From Nitrospirota bacterium (GTDB lineage Bacteria; Nitrospirota; Nitrospiria; Nitrospirales; NS-4), in the NCBI GenBank assembly GCA_005877565.1, contig VBOK01000081.1, positions 9,366-52,045 on the forward strand: a stretch of DNA of 42,680 nt. The letters run 5' to 3'. Within the stretch, counting starts at the first letter, position 1; each line of letters opens with the position of its first letter. Shown here piece by piece: positions 9,454-20,246 of this stretch. The translations under genes were made by a program, and so were the position numbers. The notes below the pieces were generated by a model. The model was not told the origin of the DNA. It ran no database searches and saw only the letters and a program-made list of their open reading frames with translations.

Positions 9454-9588
9454 TAGCCCGGATTGTTCATGAATATCTACTACGTCGCCCGATCCTCGCG
9501 CGGGGTTGCCCATTGCTCTTCAAGTCGCAATGGGCCATGGCTTCGGTCTCGAACGCCTTGCTATGACATTTATGAACAATCCGGGCTG
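9454..9588 (-). repeat. inverted-repeat-bounded element, copy A (MITE-like), homologous to 26866-27046
   Basis: Perfect 16-bp terminal inverted repeat AGCCCGGATTGTTCAT / ATGAACAATCCGGGCT. Its reverse complement aligns with copy B at 39/49 nt in the distal arm and about 35/41 nt in the proximal arm. The internal hairpin is GCCCATTGC-N10-GCAATGGGC. Confidence 0.55.
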
Positions 9589-9688
9589 GCCGCGCTGATT
9601 GATTGTCAACGCAGACGATTTCGGGGTAGTACCTACAGTGATTTTTGCGGTGTGCACGCGTGTGGCGGTGGTCGCGCGGGGGACGCCC

Positions 9689-9717
9689 TTGACACTCTCC
9701 CGCCCACCCGTTAGAAT
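9689..9717 (+). promoter_or_regulatory. sigma70 promoter TTGACA-N17-TAGAAT upstream of clpC
   Basis: Consensus -35 box at 9689-9694 and TAGAAT at 9712-9717, about 50 nt upstream of ATG 9769. Confidence 0.55.
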
Positions 9718-9768
9718 ACGTTCACAGATTCTCCACGAACGGCATGGCCCACCTGGAGGAGACACAGG

Positions 9769-12195
9769 ATGTTTGAACGGTTCACCGACAAGGGCAGAAA
9801 GATCATCGTCTTGGCGCGCGAAGAGGCCGAGCGGCACCAGAACGACTACCTGGGCACCGAGCACCTGGTCTTGGCCATCCTTCGCGAGACCGACGGGGTA
9901 GCCCTGATGATCCTGAAGAAAATGGGACTCTCCACCGAGCAGATCCGTCTCGAAATCGAGCGGAACCTACCGGGAGGTGGCACGACGATGACCTTCGGGG
10001 AGATTCCCTTCAGCCCGCGAGTGAAGAAAGTGATCGAGTACGCGGTCGAAGAAGCCCGGTTGCTGGGCCACAACCACATCGGCGGCGAGCACCTCCTGTT
10101 GGGCCTGCTCCGCGAGGAAGAAGGCATCGGCGGGAAGATTCTCCGGAGCCTGGGCGCCAATCTTCTGACTGCCCGCCAGTTGACCGTCTCGTTCCTGCGG
10201 AAGAGCTCGCCGCGGGAGCGCGACCGGAAAAGCAATACCCCGGCGCTGGATGAGTTCGGGCGAGACCTCACCCATCTCGCGCAGGAGGGCTCGCTGGATC
10301 CGGTCATCGGCCGGCTGGACGAGATCGAGCGGGTGCTGCAGATCCTCAGCCGGCGGACCAAGAACAACCCCGTGCTGATCGGAGAAGCCGGCGTGGGCAA
10401 GACGGCGATCGTCGAGGGCCTTGCCCAGCGGATCGTGAGCGCGGAGGTGCCCGACAATCTCTTGAACCGTCGCGTCATCGCGCTGGACCTGGGCTCTCTC
10501 GTGGCCGGCACCAAATACCGCGGCCAGTTTGAGGAACGCCTCAAGGTCGTCATGAAGGAGATCGTCCAGGCGGGCAACATCATCATTTTCATCGATGAGC
10601 TGCACACCCTGGTCGGGGCCGGGGCGGCGGAAGGGTCCATCGACGCGTCCAACATGCTGAAGCCCGCGCTCTCGCGCGGGGAGATCCAGTGCATCGGCGC
10701 GACCACCCTGGACGAGTACCGCAAGCACATCGAGAAAGACGGGGCGCTAAAGCGGCGCTTCCAGCCGATCTACGTGCAGCAACCCAGCGTGGAAGAGACC
10801 ATCCGCATCATCCAGGGCCTGCGCGATCGCTACGAGAGCCACCACGGGGTGGAGATTACCGAAGAGGCCATCGCCGAAGCCGTCAAGCTGGCAGACCGGT
10901 ACATCACCGACCGCTTCTTCCCGGACAAGGCCATTGACGTGATCGACGAGACCGGGTCCCGGGCCAAGCTGCAGGCCTACGCCCTGCCGGGCGATCTGCG
11001 GGCGATGGAACAGGAGTTGAAGAAGGTCTCGCGCGAGAAGGAGATGGCGATCGCGTTGCAGAACTTCGAGGAGGCCGTGAAGTTCCGCGAAGAGGAAGAG
11101 CGGCTGCGGAAACTGTTGGAAGACTCGAAGCGCGAGTGGAAGAAGAGCCAGGAGAAGAGTCGGCCAGTCATCGCGAAGGAGGACGTCTCCTACGTGGTCT
11201 CCAAGATGACAGGGATCCCGCTCTTCAAGCTGGAAGAGGAGGAGTCCCAGAAGTTGCTGCGGATGGAAGAGGCGTTGCACAAGCGCGTCGTCGGCCAGGA
11301 GGAAGCCGTCTCCGCCGTCGCACGGTCCATCCGGCGCTCGCGGGCCGGACTCAAAGAGTCCAAGAAGCCGATCGGGTCCTTCATCTTTTTGGGACCGACG
11401 GGCGTGGGGAAGACCGAGCTGGCTCGGGCGCTCGCCGAGTTCCTGTTCAACACCGAGGATGCCCTCATCCGGATCGACATGTCCGAGTACCAGGAGAAGT
11501 TCAGCAGCTCCCGCTTGTTCGGGGCACCTCCCGGCTACGTGGGCTATGAAGAGGGCGGCCAACTCACGGAGAAAGTCCGCCGCCGGCCGTACTCGGTGGT
11601 GCTCTTCGATGAGATCGAGAAGGCGCACCCGGATCTCTTCAACGTGCTCTTACAGGTATTGGACGACGGCGTCCTCACGGACAGCCTCGGCCGGAAGGTG
11701 GACTTTAAGAACACGGTCATCATCATGACCTCCAACCTCGGCACCAGGCTGATCAAAGGAGCCTCGCTGGGCTTCCAGCGGGACACCTCGGAGGACGTCA
11801 ATCGCCGCCACAAGGAAGACATCCTGGGCGAACTCAAGCACACCTTCAGCCCCGAGTTCCTCAACCGCATCGACGAAGTGGTGGTCTTCCACTCGCTCGA
11901 GAAGTCGCACTTGGTGACGATCGTGGACAACCTCCTCGCGGAGCTGAACCAGCGCCTGGCCGATCGCGGGATCGAGCTTGAGGTGTCGGACGAGGTCAAG
12001 GCCTGGTTGATCCAGGAAGGCTACCAGCCCATCTACGGCGCCCGTCCGATGCGTCGGTGCATCCAGAAGAGCATCGGCGACCCGCTCTCCGAAGAGTTGA
12101 TCAAGGGGCGGTTCCGGGAGTTCCGCAAGATCAAAGTGGTCATGAAAGGCGGGGCGCCAGCCTTCGTCGAAGAGGAGGCCCTGGCCGGCGTATGA
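9769..12195 (+). CDS. clpC: ATP-dependent Clp protease ATP-binding subunit ClpC
   Basis: Clp_N repeats ([13 protein letters not shown]..., [10 protein letters not shown]), two Walker A boxes ([15 protein letters not shown] and [15 protein letters not shown]), and a middle coiled coil. GGAGGAG SD. Confidence 0.92.
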   Translation: MFERFTDKGRKIIVLAREEAERHQNDYLGTEHLVLAILRETDGVALMILKKMGLSTEQIRLEIERNLPGGGTTMTFGEIPFSPRVKKVIEYAVEEARLLGHNHIGGEHLLLGLLREEEGIGGKILRSLGANLLTARQLTVSFLRKSSPRERDRKSNTPALDEFGRDLTHLAQEGSLDPVIGRLDEIERVLQILSRRTKNNPVLIGEAGVGKTAIVEGLAQRIVSAEVPDNLLNRRVIALDLGSLVAGTKYRGQFEERLKVVMKEIVQAGNIIIFIDELHTLVGAGAAEGSIDASNMLKPALSRGEIQCIGATTLDEYRKHIEKDGALKRRFQPIYVQQPSVEETIRIIQGLRDRYESHHGVEITEEAIAEAVKLADRYITDRFFPDKAIDVIDETGSRAKLQAYALPGDLRAMEQELKKVSREKEMAIALQNFEEAVKFREEEERLRKLLEDSKREWKKSQEKSRPVIAKEDVSYVVSKMTGIPLFKLEEEESQKLLRMEEALHKRVVGQEEAVSAVARSIRRSRAGLKESKKPIGSFIFLGPTGVGKTELARALAEFLFNTEDALIRIDMSEYQEKFSSSRLFGAPPGYVGYEEGGQLTEKVRRRPYSVVLFDEIEKAHPDLFNVLLQVLDDGVLTDSLGRKVDFKNTVIIMTSNLGTRLIKGASLGFQRDTSEDVNRRHKEDILGELKHTFSPEFLNRIDEVVVFHSLEKSHLVTIVDNLLAELNQRLADRGIELEVSDEVKAWLIQEGYQPIYGARPMRRCIQKSIGDPLSEELIKGRFREFRKIKVVMKGGAPAFVEEEALAGV

Positions 12196-12329
12196 CCGGC
12201 TGGCCAGGCGTCCCGGGGTTGTTCCCACCGTTGGCCGCTCCGCTCTGTTGATTCTGAGTGCGACCACGCCTACCAGTTCGCTTCTGTGTGGACTGCGCCG
12301 TCTCCCCCCGTCCTGTCTGAGCCCCATCC

Positions 12330-13334
12330 GTGATTCTGGGCATCGAGACATCCTGTGACGAAACCGCCGCTGCCGTTGCCCGCGCGGATGGTGCCGTACT
12401 CGCCGAGATCGTACGTTCGCAGGTGGAGACCCATGCCCGCTACGGGGGCGTAGTGCCCGAATTGGCCGGCCGCCGCCACATCGAGACCATCGACCAGGTC
12501 GTGCGGGAGGCCTTGACCCGTGCGGGGATCGGCCCGCACGAGTTGAGCGCGGTCGCGGTGACTGGAGGGCCCGGACTCATCGGTGCGCTCCTGGTCGGCG
12601 TCGCCTACGGCAAGGCGTTGGCCTACGCGTTGCGGATCCCGTTGTTTCCCGTCAATCATCTGGAAGGCCATCTCTGCGCGGCCAGCCTGGGTGCTGGCGC
12701 CGTGGCCCCGCCTTTCGTGGCGCTGATTGCCTCGGGTGGCCACACGAATCTCTATCACGTCAAGACGTGGGACGAGCCGGAACTGCTGGGACGGACACTG
12801 GACGACGCGGCAGGAGAGGCCTTCGACAAGGCTGCCAAGATGCTCGGCTTGGGCTATCCCGGCGGTCCCGTGATTGACCGGCTGGCAGGGGAGGGCGACC
12901 CGGAGCGGGCGCCGTTCCCCCGTCCGTACCCGACGTGCGAGGACCTCAATTTCAGCTTCAGCGGCATCAAGACTGCCTTACTGTATTACCTGCGGGATCG
13001 GGAGGCCGAGGGTCGTTCCTGGCATGTGCCGGACGTGGCGGCTGGATTTCAGCAGGCCATCGTGGACGTCCTAGTGGAGAAATCGCTGTTCGCCGCCAAG
13101 CGCTGCGGCGTGCGCGACGTTGTGGTGACGGGCGGCGTGGCCGCCAACTCGCAGCTTCGTGCGCGCTTCGAGGCTCGCGGGCGCGACGAGGGGATCACCA
13201 TCCATATCCCCCCGGTTGGCTACTGCACCGACAATGGGGCCATGATCGCTGTAGCCGGCGCGCGGCTGTTGCGCGAAGGTCGTGTCGCGTCGCTGGATTT
13301 CGAACCTCGAGCGGACTGGGTCATTGGAGGCTGA
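12330..13334 (+). CDS. tsaD: tRNA N6-adenosine threonylcarbamoyltransferase
   Basis: ILGIETSCDETAAAV start and HLEGH motif. Length 334 aa. GTG start. Confidence 0.9.
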   Translation: MILGIETSCDETAAAVARADGAVLAEIVRSQVETHARYGGVVPELAGRRHIETIDQVVREALTRAGIGPHELSAVAVTGGPGLIGALLVGVAYGKALAYALRIPLFPVNHLEGHLCAASLGAGAVAPPFVALIASGGHTNLYHVKTWDEPELLGRTLDDAAGEAFDKAAKMLGLGYPGGPVIDRLAGEGDPERAPFPRPYPTCEDLNFSFSGIKTALLYYLRDREAEGRSWHVPDVAAGFQQAIVDVLVEKSLFAAKRCGVRDVVVTGGVAANSQLRARFEARGRDEGITIHIPPVGYCTDNGAMIAVAGARLLREGRVASLDFEPRADWVIGG

Positions 13335-13409
13335 CGAGCGTAAGGAGGGCGCCCGATTCCTTCTCCTCATGGTAATCTAACCGGGCTCAAGCCAAGCCAA
13401 CTGAGGCGG

Positions 13410-15002
13410 TTGGAGCATGTCTACCGCCGCCGGGTGCCCGAAGATGCCATCATCTCCTGGGAGCTAGCCCGGTTTTGCGCGGGGCTCTCCCGCGAGATCG
13501 GGCGCCAGATCGGCCTGCTGATCAATCGTCGGGGCATGATCGAGGACGTCATTGTCGGGAACGACCGAGAGGTCGTCTTGCCCGACCTCTCGGACTATCG
13601 CCTCGGCCGGCAATCGCTTCGCGGCATTCGGCTGGTCCACACGCATCTGCGCGACGAACCGTTGAGTCAGGACGACCTGACCGACTTGGCGCTCCTGCGC
13701 TTGGACCTGATCGCGGCCCTCGGCGTGCGCGCCGACGGCCAGCCTGGCCATCTCTATGCGGCGAACATCCTCCCGCCGAATCCAGCCGGCAAATCCTATG
13801 AGGTCTGGTCGCCGGTCTCCGTGCAGGACTGCCAGGTTAACCTGGGCGAATTTCTCGGCGCGCTCGACGAGGAGCTGAGCCGGACCCGCACCGTGCATCT
13901 CGCGGACGACATCCAAGAGCAGGCAATTCTGGTCAGCGTGTCGCGGCAGACCCACGCCGATCAGGAAGAGTCGCTCGCGGAGCTGGCCGATCTGGCCCGC
14001 TCGGCCGGCCTCATGGTGCTGGACACGGTGGTTCAGCGGCCACAGGCGCTGCATCCCAAGTACCTGCTGGGCAGCGGCAAGCTCAAAGAGGTCGTCATCA
14101 AGGCCTTGCAACACGGGGTAGACTACCTCGTCTTCGATCAGAACCTGTCGCCCGCGCAGGCCACGGCCATTGCCGCCGTGACCGAATTGAAGGTCATCGA
14201 CAGGACCCAGTTGATTCTCGACATCTTCAGCCGGCGGGCGCACAGCCGTGAGGGCAAGCTGCAGGTGGAGCTCGCGCAGTTGCGCTACCTCCTGCCTCGC
14301 CTCACCGGACGCGGCACGGCGATGTCGAGGTTGGCGGGGGGCATCGGTGGGCGCGGACCCGGCGAGACGAAACTGGAAGTGGATCGGCGCCGCGTGCGGG
14401 ACCGCATCAGCCATCTCGAAAAGCAGATGGAGGCGCTGGCGCGGACCCGCATGCAGCAGCGGGCCCGGCGCCTGCGTCGGGCGGTGCCGATCATCTCGAT
14501 CGTGGGCTACACCAACGCCGGCAAGTCCACGCTGCTGAACGTCCTGACGCGCAGCCGGATGACGGCGAACAACCGCCTCTTCGAGACGCTGGACACGGCG
14601 AGCCGCCGCCTGCGCTTTCCGGAGGAGCGGGAAGCGATTGTGACCGACACGGTCGGGTTCATCCGGAATCTGCCCGAGGAACTGATGGGCGCATTCCGCG
14701 CCACGCTCGAGGAACTGCGCGACGCCGACCTGTTACTCCATGTGGCGGACCTGAGTAGCCTGACCCTGGAGCGGCAGGTGGCGGCCGTGGAGGACATTCT
14801 GCGTGAGCTTAAGCTTGATCGTCTGCCGCGCCTGTTGGTCCTGAACAAGGCCGATCTGGTGGACCCGGCACAGGCTACGGTGGTGAGCGCGCGCCTCGGC
14901 GGGCTGGCAGTCTCGGCCGTGCGGCCCGACACGCTGATCCCCCTGCTGGACGCAGTCGAAAAGCAGCTCTGGAGTTTGACCCAGGCTGGCCTTTCCTGCT
15001 AG
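13410..15002 (+). CDS. hflX: GTPase HflX with ~150-aa N-terminal extension
   Basis: PGETKLEVDRRRVRDRI, G1 motif GYTNAGKSTLLN, DTVGFI and NKAD. TTG start after GAGGCGG. Confidence 0.85.
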   Translation: MEHVYRRRVPEDAIISWELARFCAGLSREIGRQIGLLINRRGMIEDVIVGNDREVVLPDLSDYRLGRQSLRGIRLVHTHLRDEPLSQDDLTDLALLRLDLIAALGVRADGQPGHLYAANILPPNPAGKSYEVWSPVSVQDCQVNLGEFLGALDEELSRTRTVHLADDIQEQAILVSVSRQTHADQEESLAELADLARSAGLMVLDTVVQRPQALHPKYLLGSGKLKEVVIKALQHGVDYLVFDQNLSPAQATAIAAVTELKVIDRTQLILDIFSRRAHSREGKLQVELAQLRYLLPRLTGRGTAMSRLAGGIGGRGPGETKLEVDRRRVRDRISHLEKQMEALARTRMQQRARRLRRAVPIISIVGYTNAGKSTLLNVLTRSRMTANNRLFETLDTASRRLRFPEEREAIVTDTVGFIRNLPEELMGAFRATLEELRDADLLLHVADLSSLTLERQVAAVEDILRELKLDRLPRLLVLNKADLVDPAQATVVSARLGGLAVSAVRPDTLIPLLDAVEKQLWSLTQAGLSC

Positions 15003-15089
15003 CATAGGCCCACTTTTCCAAGGGTTGTGGGTCCCTCCGTAGAGATGGCCTCGCCCGGTCTCGTGACTTTCACGTAGGTCGGTCATGAA

Positions 15090-15770
15090 TTGGATGGCCT
15101 AGGCCGTCGGTCCCGCGGAGGTTTCGACGAGGGGGAGCCATTGAGGACCACGGACCGGCTCCTAAAGCTGCTGGATGAAGAGTTTCCGAGCCCCCAGGTG
15201 GCTCTTCACTACAAGACACCGCTCCAGTTGCTGGTGGCGACCATCCTATCGGCCCAGTGCACGGATGAGCGGGTGAACCAGGTGACGAAGGGGCTCTTTG
15301 CCCGGTATCAGACGGCCAATGACTATGCGAAGGCGGACCCGGCCAGACTGGAAGAGGAGATTCGACCGACCGGATTTTACAGGACGAAGGCTCGGAGCCT
15401 CATCAAGACCGGCCAGGCCTTGGTCAGCCGGTTTGGCGGGGAAGTGCCCGGGACCATGGAGGAGTTGGTCACCCTGCCGGGCGTCGGGCGGAAGACGGCC
15501 AACGTCATCCTGGGCAACTGCTTCGGGGTTCCCGGCGTGGTGGTCGACACCCATGTCAAGCGGGTCACCCGGCGGCTGGGCCTGGTGGATACGGACGATC
15601 CGGAGAAGATCGAAGTCGCGTTGCAGCGCCTGTTGCCGAAGGGCGCCTGGACCAGGGCCTCGCACCAGTTGCTGCTCCATGGACGGCATATCTGTCAGGC
15701 GCGCGCGCCCAGGTGCCATGAGTGCCGCCTGTACGACCTTTGCCCGTGGGAAGGAAAGCGGCCGGCATGA
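15090..15770 (+). CDS. nth: endonuclease III
   Basis: LSAQCTDERVN, HhH-GPD LPGVGRKTANVILG, and the C-terminal 4Fe-4S cluster CQARAPRCHECRLYDLC. An alternative TTG start at 15141 lies behind GGGGGAG. Confidence 0.85.
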   Translation: MDGLGRRSRGGFDEGEPLRTTDRLLKLLDEEFPSPQVALHYKTPLQLLVATILSAQCTDERVNQVTKGLFARYQTANDYAKADPARLEEEIRPTGFYRTKARSLIKTGQALVSRFGGEVPGTMEELVTLPGVGRKTANVILGNCFGVPGVVVDTHVKRVTRRLGLVDTDDPEKIEVALQRLLPKGAWTRASHQLLLHGRHICQARAPRCHECRLYDLCPWEGKRPA

Positions 15771-16660
15771 TCCGGAGCATGACGGGGTACGGTCGCGCCG
15801 AGGGACGGCATAAGGGAACGCCAATTACCGTGGAAGTCCGCTCGGTGAACCACCGGCACAGCGAGGTGATGGCCAAACTGCCACGCGCCTTGCAGGCCCA
15901 TGAGGACCGGATCCGCGACCTGGTCCAAGCCCGGGTGGCTCGCGGGCGGGTGGATGTCACAGTGAATTTCAGCGGCGAGCGGGATCCCGGGCGCGGGATC
16001 ATCCTGGACCGGTCGCTCGCGCGCCGCTATCACACGTTGCTGAAGGAGTTGCAGCGGGAGCTCGGGCTCAAAGGCTCGCCGGATGCGACCCTGCTCGCCA
16101 GCTTCCGGGACGTCATCAGGCCGGCGGAGCTGGCAGCCGAAGAGCCGGGCGCGGTCCGTGCGGTGGAGCGCGTGCTGGGCCTGGCGCTGAAAGCGCTCGA
16201 CCAGATGCGCCGCCATGAGGGCCGCACGCTGGAGCGGGACCTTCTGGCGCGATTACAGGAGGTGGAAGGGCGCCTGCGCACGATCCGTCAACGGCTCCCA
16301 GCCATCGTGGACGAGCGCGCCGCACGCCTGCAAGAACGGATCAAACGGCTCATGGAGGGTGCGGGGGCGGGCAGGGACAGCGTGGATCAGAGCCGCTTGG
16401 CGCAGGAGGTGGCGCTCCTGGCCGATCGCAGCGACGTGAGCGAAGAGCTGACCCGCTTGGACAGCCATCTGGACCAGTTCCGGGCGTTTCTCCGCAAGAC
16501 CGAGCCGGTGGGGCGGAGCCTGGATTTCCTGTTGCAGGAGATGAACCGCGAGATCAACACGATCGGGTCAAAGGTCGGCGACACGGTGGTGACCCAGGAG
16601 GTCGTCGCCGTGAAGGCGGAGCTCGAGAAGATCCGCGAGCAGGTGCAGAATGTCGAATAA
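15767..16660 (+). CDS. yicC: YicC-family stress-induced protein
   Basis: MIRSMTGYGRAEG start, SVNHRH, and C-terminal FLLQEMNREINTIGSK. ATGA overlap with the nth stop. Confidence 0.85.
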   Translation: MIRSMTGYGRAEGRHKGTPITVEVRSVNHRHSEVMAKLPRALQAHEDRIRDLVQARVARGRVDVTVNFSGERDPGRGIILDRSLARRYHTLLKELQRELGLKGSPDATLLASFRDVIRPAELAAEEPGAVRAVERVLGLALKALDQMRRHEGRTLERDLLARLQEVEGRLRTIRQRLPAIVDERAARLQERIKRLMEGAGAGRDSVDQSRLAQEVALLADRSDVSEELTRLDSHLDQFRAFLRKTEPVGRSLDFLLQEMNREINTIGSKVGDTVVTQEVVAVKAELEKIREQVQNVE

Positions 16661-17312
16661 GGACGCCATCGTGAAGCGCCGTCAGGGTATCCTGTTCGTG
16701 GTGTCGGCTCCCTCAGGCGCCGGCAAGACATCCCTGTGTCAGCAACTCGTCAGCCAGGTGCCGGATTTGCGCTACTCGGTTTCCTACACCACCCGCAAGC
16801 AGCGTCCGGCGGAAATTGCGGACCGACACTACCACTTCGTGGATGAAGCCACCTTCCGGGATATGATCAAGGTAGGCGCCTTTCTGGAGTGGGCTGAGGT
16901 CTATGGCCATTTCTACGGGACCCCCCGAGCCCCCATCAAGGAATGGATCTCGCAGGGGATCGACGTCCTCCTTGACATCGATACCCAGGGGGCCTTGCAG
17001 ATCAGGCGGCACGAACCGGACGCGGTATCGATCTATATCTTGCCGCCGTCACTGGAGGTGCTGCGCCAGCGCCTGGAGGACCGGAAGGGAGATGCGCCGG
17101 ACGAGATCGCCAGGCGGCTGAAAAAGGCCCGGGACGAAGTGAAGAACTATCGGGACTATGCCCACGTGATCATCAACGAAGACTTTAAGTCTGCCGTGCG
17201 GCAGCTCGAGGCCATCGTGCTGGCCGAGCGCAGCCGGACGGCCTTGCTGGACTTATCCGCTGTGGAACAGGCATTGATGGGAAATGAGGGGGAAACGCAG
17301 GAGGATCGGTAA
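16650..17312 (+). CDS. gmk: guanylate kinase
   Basis: P-loop SAPSGAGKTS, YTTRKQRPAE and YGT motifs. Confidence 0.9.
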   Translation: MSNKDAIVKRRQGILFVVSAPSGAGKTSLCQQLVSQVPDLRYSVSYTTRKQRPAEIADRHYHFVDEATFRDMIKVGAFLEWAEVYGHFYGTPRAPIKEWISQGIDVLLDIDTQGALQIRRHEPDAVSIYILPPSLEVLRQRLEDRKGDAPDEIARRLKKARDEVKNYRDYAHVIINEDFKSAVRQLEAIVLAERSRTALLDLSAVEQALMGNEGETQEDR

Positions 17313-17671
17313 TGGAAACGTTATCGCTGATGCCCGAGTATCAGGATTTGCCGATCGAATCACGGAGCCGGCTGGTGATCATTGCGGCCCAGCGGGCCCG
17401 GCAGTTTATGCAGGGCACCCGGCCGGTGATCGCGACCAAGCACACCAAACCGACGACGATTGCGCTGGAAGAGGTGCTGAAGGGCAAGGTGAAGTTCTTG
17501 GTCGGGAAGGAGGCCCGTCAGGCCATGAAGGAAGCGCGCAAGCAACGGGAGCGGGAGCTTGAACGGCTGACCCTGGCGCACGTGGCCGGTGAAGACGCGA
17601 GCGAGATCAAGAAGGACTTGAGCGTCATGGTGGATGACTCCAAGCCTGCGGAGGCGAGTGAAGACGACTAA
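17312..17671 (+). CDS. rpoZ: DNA-directed RNA polymerase subunit omega
   Basis: SRLVIIAAQRARQ core. TAATG overlap with gmk. Conserved gmk-rpoZ-coaBC order. Confidence 0.8.
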   Translation: METLSLMPEYQDLPIESRSRLVIIAAQRARQFMQGTRPVIATKHTKPTTIALEEVLKGKVKFLVGKEARQAMKEARKQRERELERLTLAHVAGEDASEIKKDLSVMVDDSKPAEASEDD

Positions 17672-18932
17672 TCGCGTCCCCCTCGCGCCTGCCGTGCGCT
17701 TGACGGGGAAGACCATCGTGCTCGGAGTGACCGGCAGCATCGCCGCCTACAAGGCGGCGTCGCTGGCACGCCGCCTGATGACCGAAGGGGCAACGGTGCG
17801 CGTGGTCATGACGCACACCGCACAGCGCTTCGTCGCACCGCTGACCTTTGAGGCGCTCACGGGCCACCCCGTCGGCACCGATCTGTTTCCGTCGTCGAGC
17901 GGAGAGGTGGGTGCGGGAGGGGCGCGTTCCGCGGGGCCCCCTCCCGCTATGAATGTCATGCCGCACCTCGCGCTCGCGGGCGGAGCCGATCTGATCGCAA
18001 TCGCGCCGGCCTCTGCCCACTGCGTCGCCAAGCTGGCGCATGGCCTTGCCGACGATCTCCTCACCGCGCTGGTGCTTGCGGCGGAGTGCCCGGTGATGGT
18101 GGTTCCCGCCATGGACGGCGGCATGTGGACCCACCCGGCGGTCCGCGCCAACGTACGGACGCTCCGTCAACGCAGGGTAGCCGTGCTGGAGCCGGGGGTC
18201 GGGCCGTTGGCGTCTGGCCGGGTTGGCCAGGGGCGCTTTCCCGACGAGGACGCCATCTTGGCGGCGATCTCCGGGGCGCTCTGCGCCAAGGACTTCCGCG
18301 GCCGGCGGGTCCTCATCACGGCCGGGCCCACACAGGAACCGCTCGATCCGGTGCGGTTCCTGTCGAACCGCTCGTCCGGGAAGATGGGCTGGGCCCTGAC
18401 GGAAGCCGCACGGGATCGTGGCGCTGACGTCGTCCTGGTCGCGGGGCCGACGAGTCTCGCGCCCGTTCCCAACGTCACGTACGTCCCAGTGGTCACGTCT
18501 GAGGAGATGCGCAAAGAAGTCGTCACCCGTTTCCCAGGCACCGATGTGCTGATCATGGCGGCGGCGGTCGCCGATTTCCGGCCGGCGCGCCCGGCCAGGG
18601 GCAAGGTGCCGAAAGGTCGCGACGTGCGGATGCTGGCGCTGGAGCCGACCAAGGACATTTTGAAGGAACTGCCGCTGCGACGGGCCGGGCAGGTCGTGGT
18701 CGGGTTCGCGGCAGAGACGGGCGATCTGGTCGCGCGCGCCAGGGGCAAGCTGCGCGACAAGGCGCTGGACCTGATCGTCGCCAACGACCTGACGGAGCCC
18801 GGAGCCGGGTTTGGCACCGACACGAACCGCGCGACCTTGCTGGACCGCGCGGGCCGTTGTGAGGGATTGCCGCTCATGTCCAAGCATGAACTGGCGCACC
18901 GAATTCTTGACGCGGTGCTCTCACTTCCGTAG
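17658..18932 (+). CDS. coaBC: bifunctional phosphopantothenoylcysteine decarboxylase / phosphopantothenate-cysteine ligase
   Basis: GKTIVLGVTGSIAAYK, PAMDGGMW, ITAGPTQEPLDPVRFLSNRSSGKMG and AAAVADFRP. GTG 17658 has a GGAGG 3 nt upstream. The ORF is open from ATG 17634, and GTG 17694 is also possible. Confidence 0.85.
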   Translation: MKTTNRVPLAPAVRLTGKTIVLGVTGSIAAYKAASLARRLMTEGATVRVVMTHTAQRFVAPLTFEALTGHPVGTDLFPSSSGEVGAGGARSAGPPPAMNVMPHLALAGGADLIAIAPASAHCVAKLAHGLADDLLTALVLAAECPVMVVPAMDGGMWTHPAVRANVRTLRQRRVAVLEPGVGPLASGRVGQGRFPDEDAILAAISGALCAKDFRGRRVLITAGPTQEPLDPVRFLSNRSSGKMGWALTEAARDRGADVVLVAGPTSLAPVPNVTYVPVVTSEEMRKEVVTRFPGTDVLIMAAAVADFRPARPARGKVPKGRDVRMLALEPTKDILKELPLRRAGQVVVGFAAETGDLVARARGKLRDKALDLIVANDLTEPGAGFGTDTNRATLLDRAGRCEGLPLMSKHELAHRILDAVLSLP

Positions 18933-18982
18933 GCTGGGAAGCCCCGTACAGACACTCGGAGGCGAACAGGAGGGAATCCCTG

Positions 18983-19762
18983 ATGGCAAGCGAATCAGCA
19001 CCCCACGCATTCATGGCTGATGCCAAGGAACTCGTCGACGCGGGACAGTTCGGCAAAGCCATTGAAGTGCTCCAACAGGGGCTGAAGAAATTCCCGAAGA
19101 TGGTCAGCGCCCGGGTCATGCTGGGCGAAGTCTACCGGACCTCCGGGGATCTGGCGCTGGCCCGCGTGGAGCTGGAGCAGGTCATCAAGGCCGCGCCGGA
19201 CAATTTCGCGGCCTACCGGAAGCTCGCGCAGGTGTATCACGAGCTCGGGGATACGGCGTCGGCGGTCAAGGCGTGCGAGACCATCCTCCACGCCAATCCC
19301 AAGGACCGTGAGATGAGCCATCGGCTCGAGGAGTTGCAGGGCGGCGGAGCCAAGGCAGCACAGGCCAAGAAGGCCCAACACCCGGAAAAGCACGAGGCTG
19401 CCAAGGCGGCGGCAGATGCGAATGTCAAGGCGGACCACGCCGCCAGTGCTTCTGCCGGAGGAGAGCTCTCGCTGACCATGGAAGGCTCCGGGGAGGTCAC
19501 GGATAGCGTGACCCTGGCTGAGCTCTACATCTCGCAGGGATACCGTGAGAAAGGCTTGGAGGTCTATCGCCGCCTTGCCGCCGAGGAGCCAGACAATCTC
19601 CGGTTGCACGAAAAGATCATGGCGCTTACGGAAGAAGAAGTGAGAGCCAGTCAAGCTGCGGCGAAGGCATCACAGAAAACCTTGGACCAGGCCAAGCGCA
19701 AGGCCCATATCCGCCGGCTGGAAGGCTGGCTCGCCGTGATCCGGGGGCGTCGCCGGACGTGA
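18983..19762 (+). CDS. TPR-repeat protein with Ala/Lys-rich central linker
   Basis: TPR-like helices ([53 protein letters not shown]). AGGAGGG SD. Confidence 0.6.
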   Translation: MASESAPHAFMADAKELVDAGQFGKAIEVLQQGLKKFPKMVSARVMLGEVYRTSGDLALARVELEQVIKAAPDNFAAYRKLAQVYHELGDTASAVKACETILHANPKDREMSHRLEELQGGGAKAAQAKKAQHPEKHEAAKAAADANVKADHAASASAGGELSLTMEGSGEVTDSVTLAELYISQGYREKGLEVYRRLAAEEPDNLRLHEKIMALTEEEVRASQAAAKASQKTLDQAKRKAHIRRLEGWLAVIRGRRRT

Positions 19763-20214
19763 AGATCATGGTCCTCCATGGGCCGAACCTGAATCTGTTA
19801 GGCTCCCGCGAGGCCCACATCTACGGGGCGGTCACGCTGGACGGGATCAACCGCGACCTGCACACGCTGGCGAAGGAGCTGGGGGCGGGCCTCACGATCC
19901 ATCAATCCAATGACGAAGGCGATCTGGTGGCATGGATTCAGAAAGCAGCGGGCCAGTACGATGCGCTGGTAATCAATCCCGGTGCCTACACCCACACGAG
20001 CATCGCCCTGCGCGACGCCATCGCGGCGGTCGGCATTCCGACCATCGAGGTGCACCTCTCCAATCTCTATCGGCGCGAGGAGTTCCGGCAACACTCCTAC
20101 ATCGCCGGTGTGGCGGTCGGGCAGATTTCAGGGTTCGGCCCGGACAGCTATGTGCTGGGACTGCGGGCCGCCGTCGCGCACGTGCGGGCGCAACAGGCCA
20201 CAGCGAAGAAGTAG
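19759..20214 (+). CDS. aroQ: type II 3-dehydroquinate dehydratase
   Basis: [26 protein letters not shown] and EVHLSN motifs. GTGA overlap with the TPR gene stop. Confidence 0.9.
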   Translation: MKIMVLHGPNLNLLGSREAHIYGAVTLDGINRDLHTLAKELGAGLTIHQSNDEGDLVAWIQKAAGQYDALVINPGAYTHTSIALRDAIAAVGIPTIEVHLSNLYRREEFRQHSYIAGVAVGQISGFGPDSYVLGLRAAVAHVRAQQATAKK

Positions 20215-20246
20215 CAAGATGGATCAGGAGGAGGCAAGACAGACCC

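Noticed and set aside
13295-13306. GGATTTCGAACC resembles a tRNA T-arm.
   Set aside because: It is inside the tsaD coding frame, and no acceptor or anticodon arms can be built around it.
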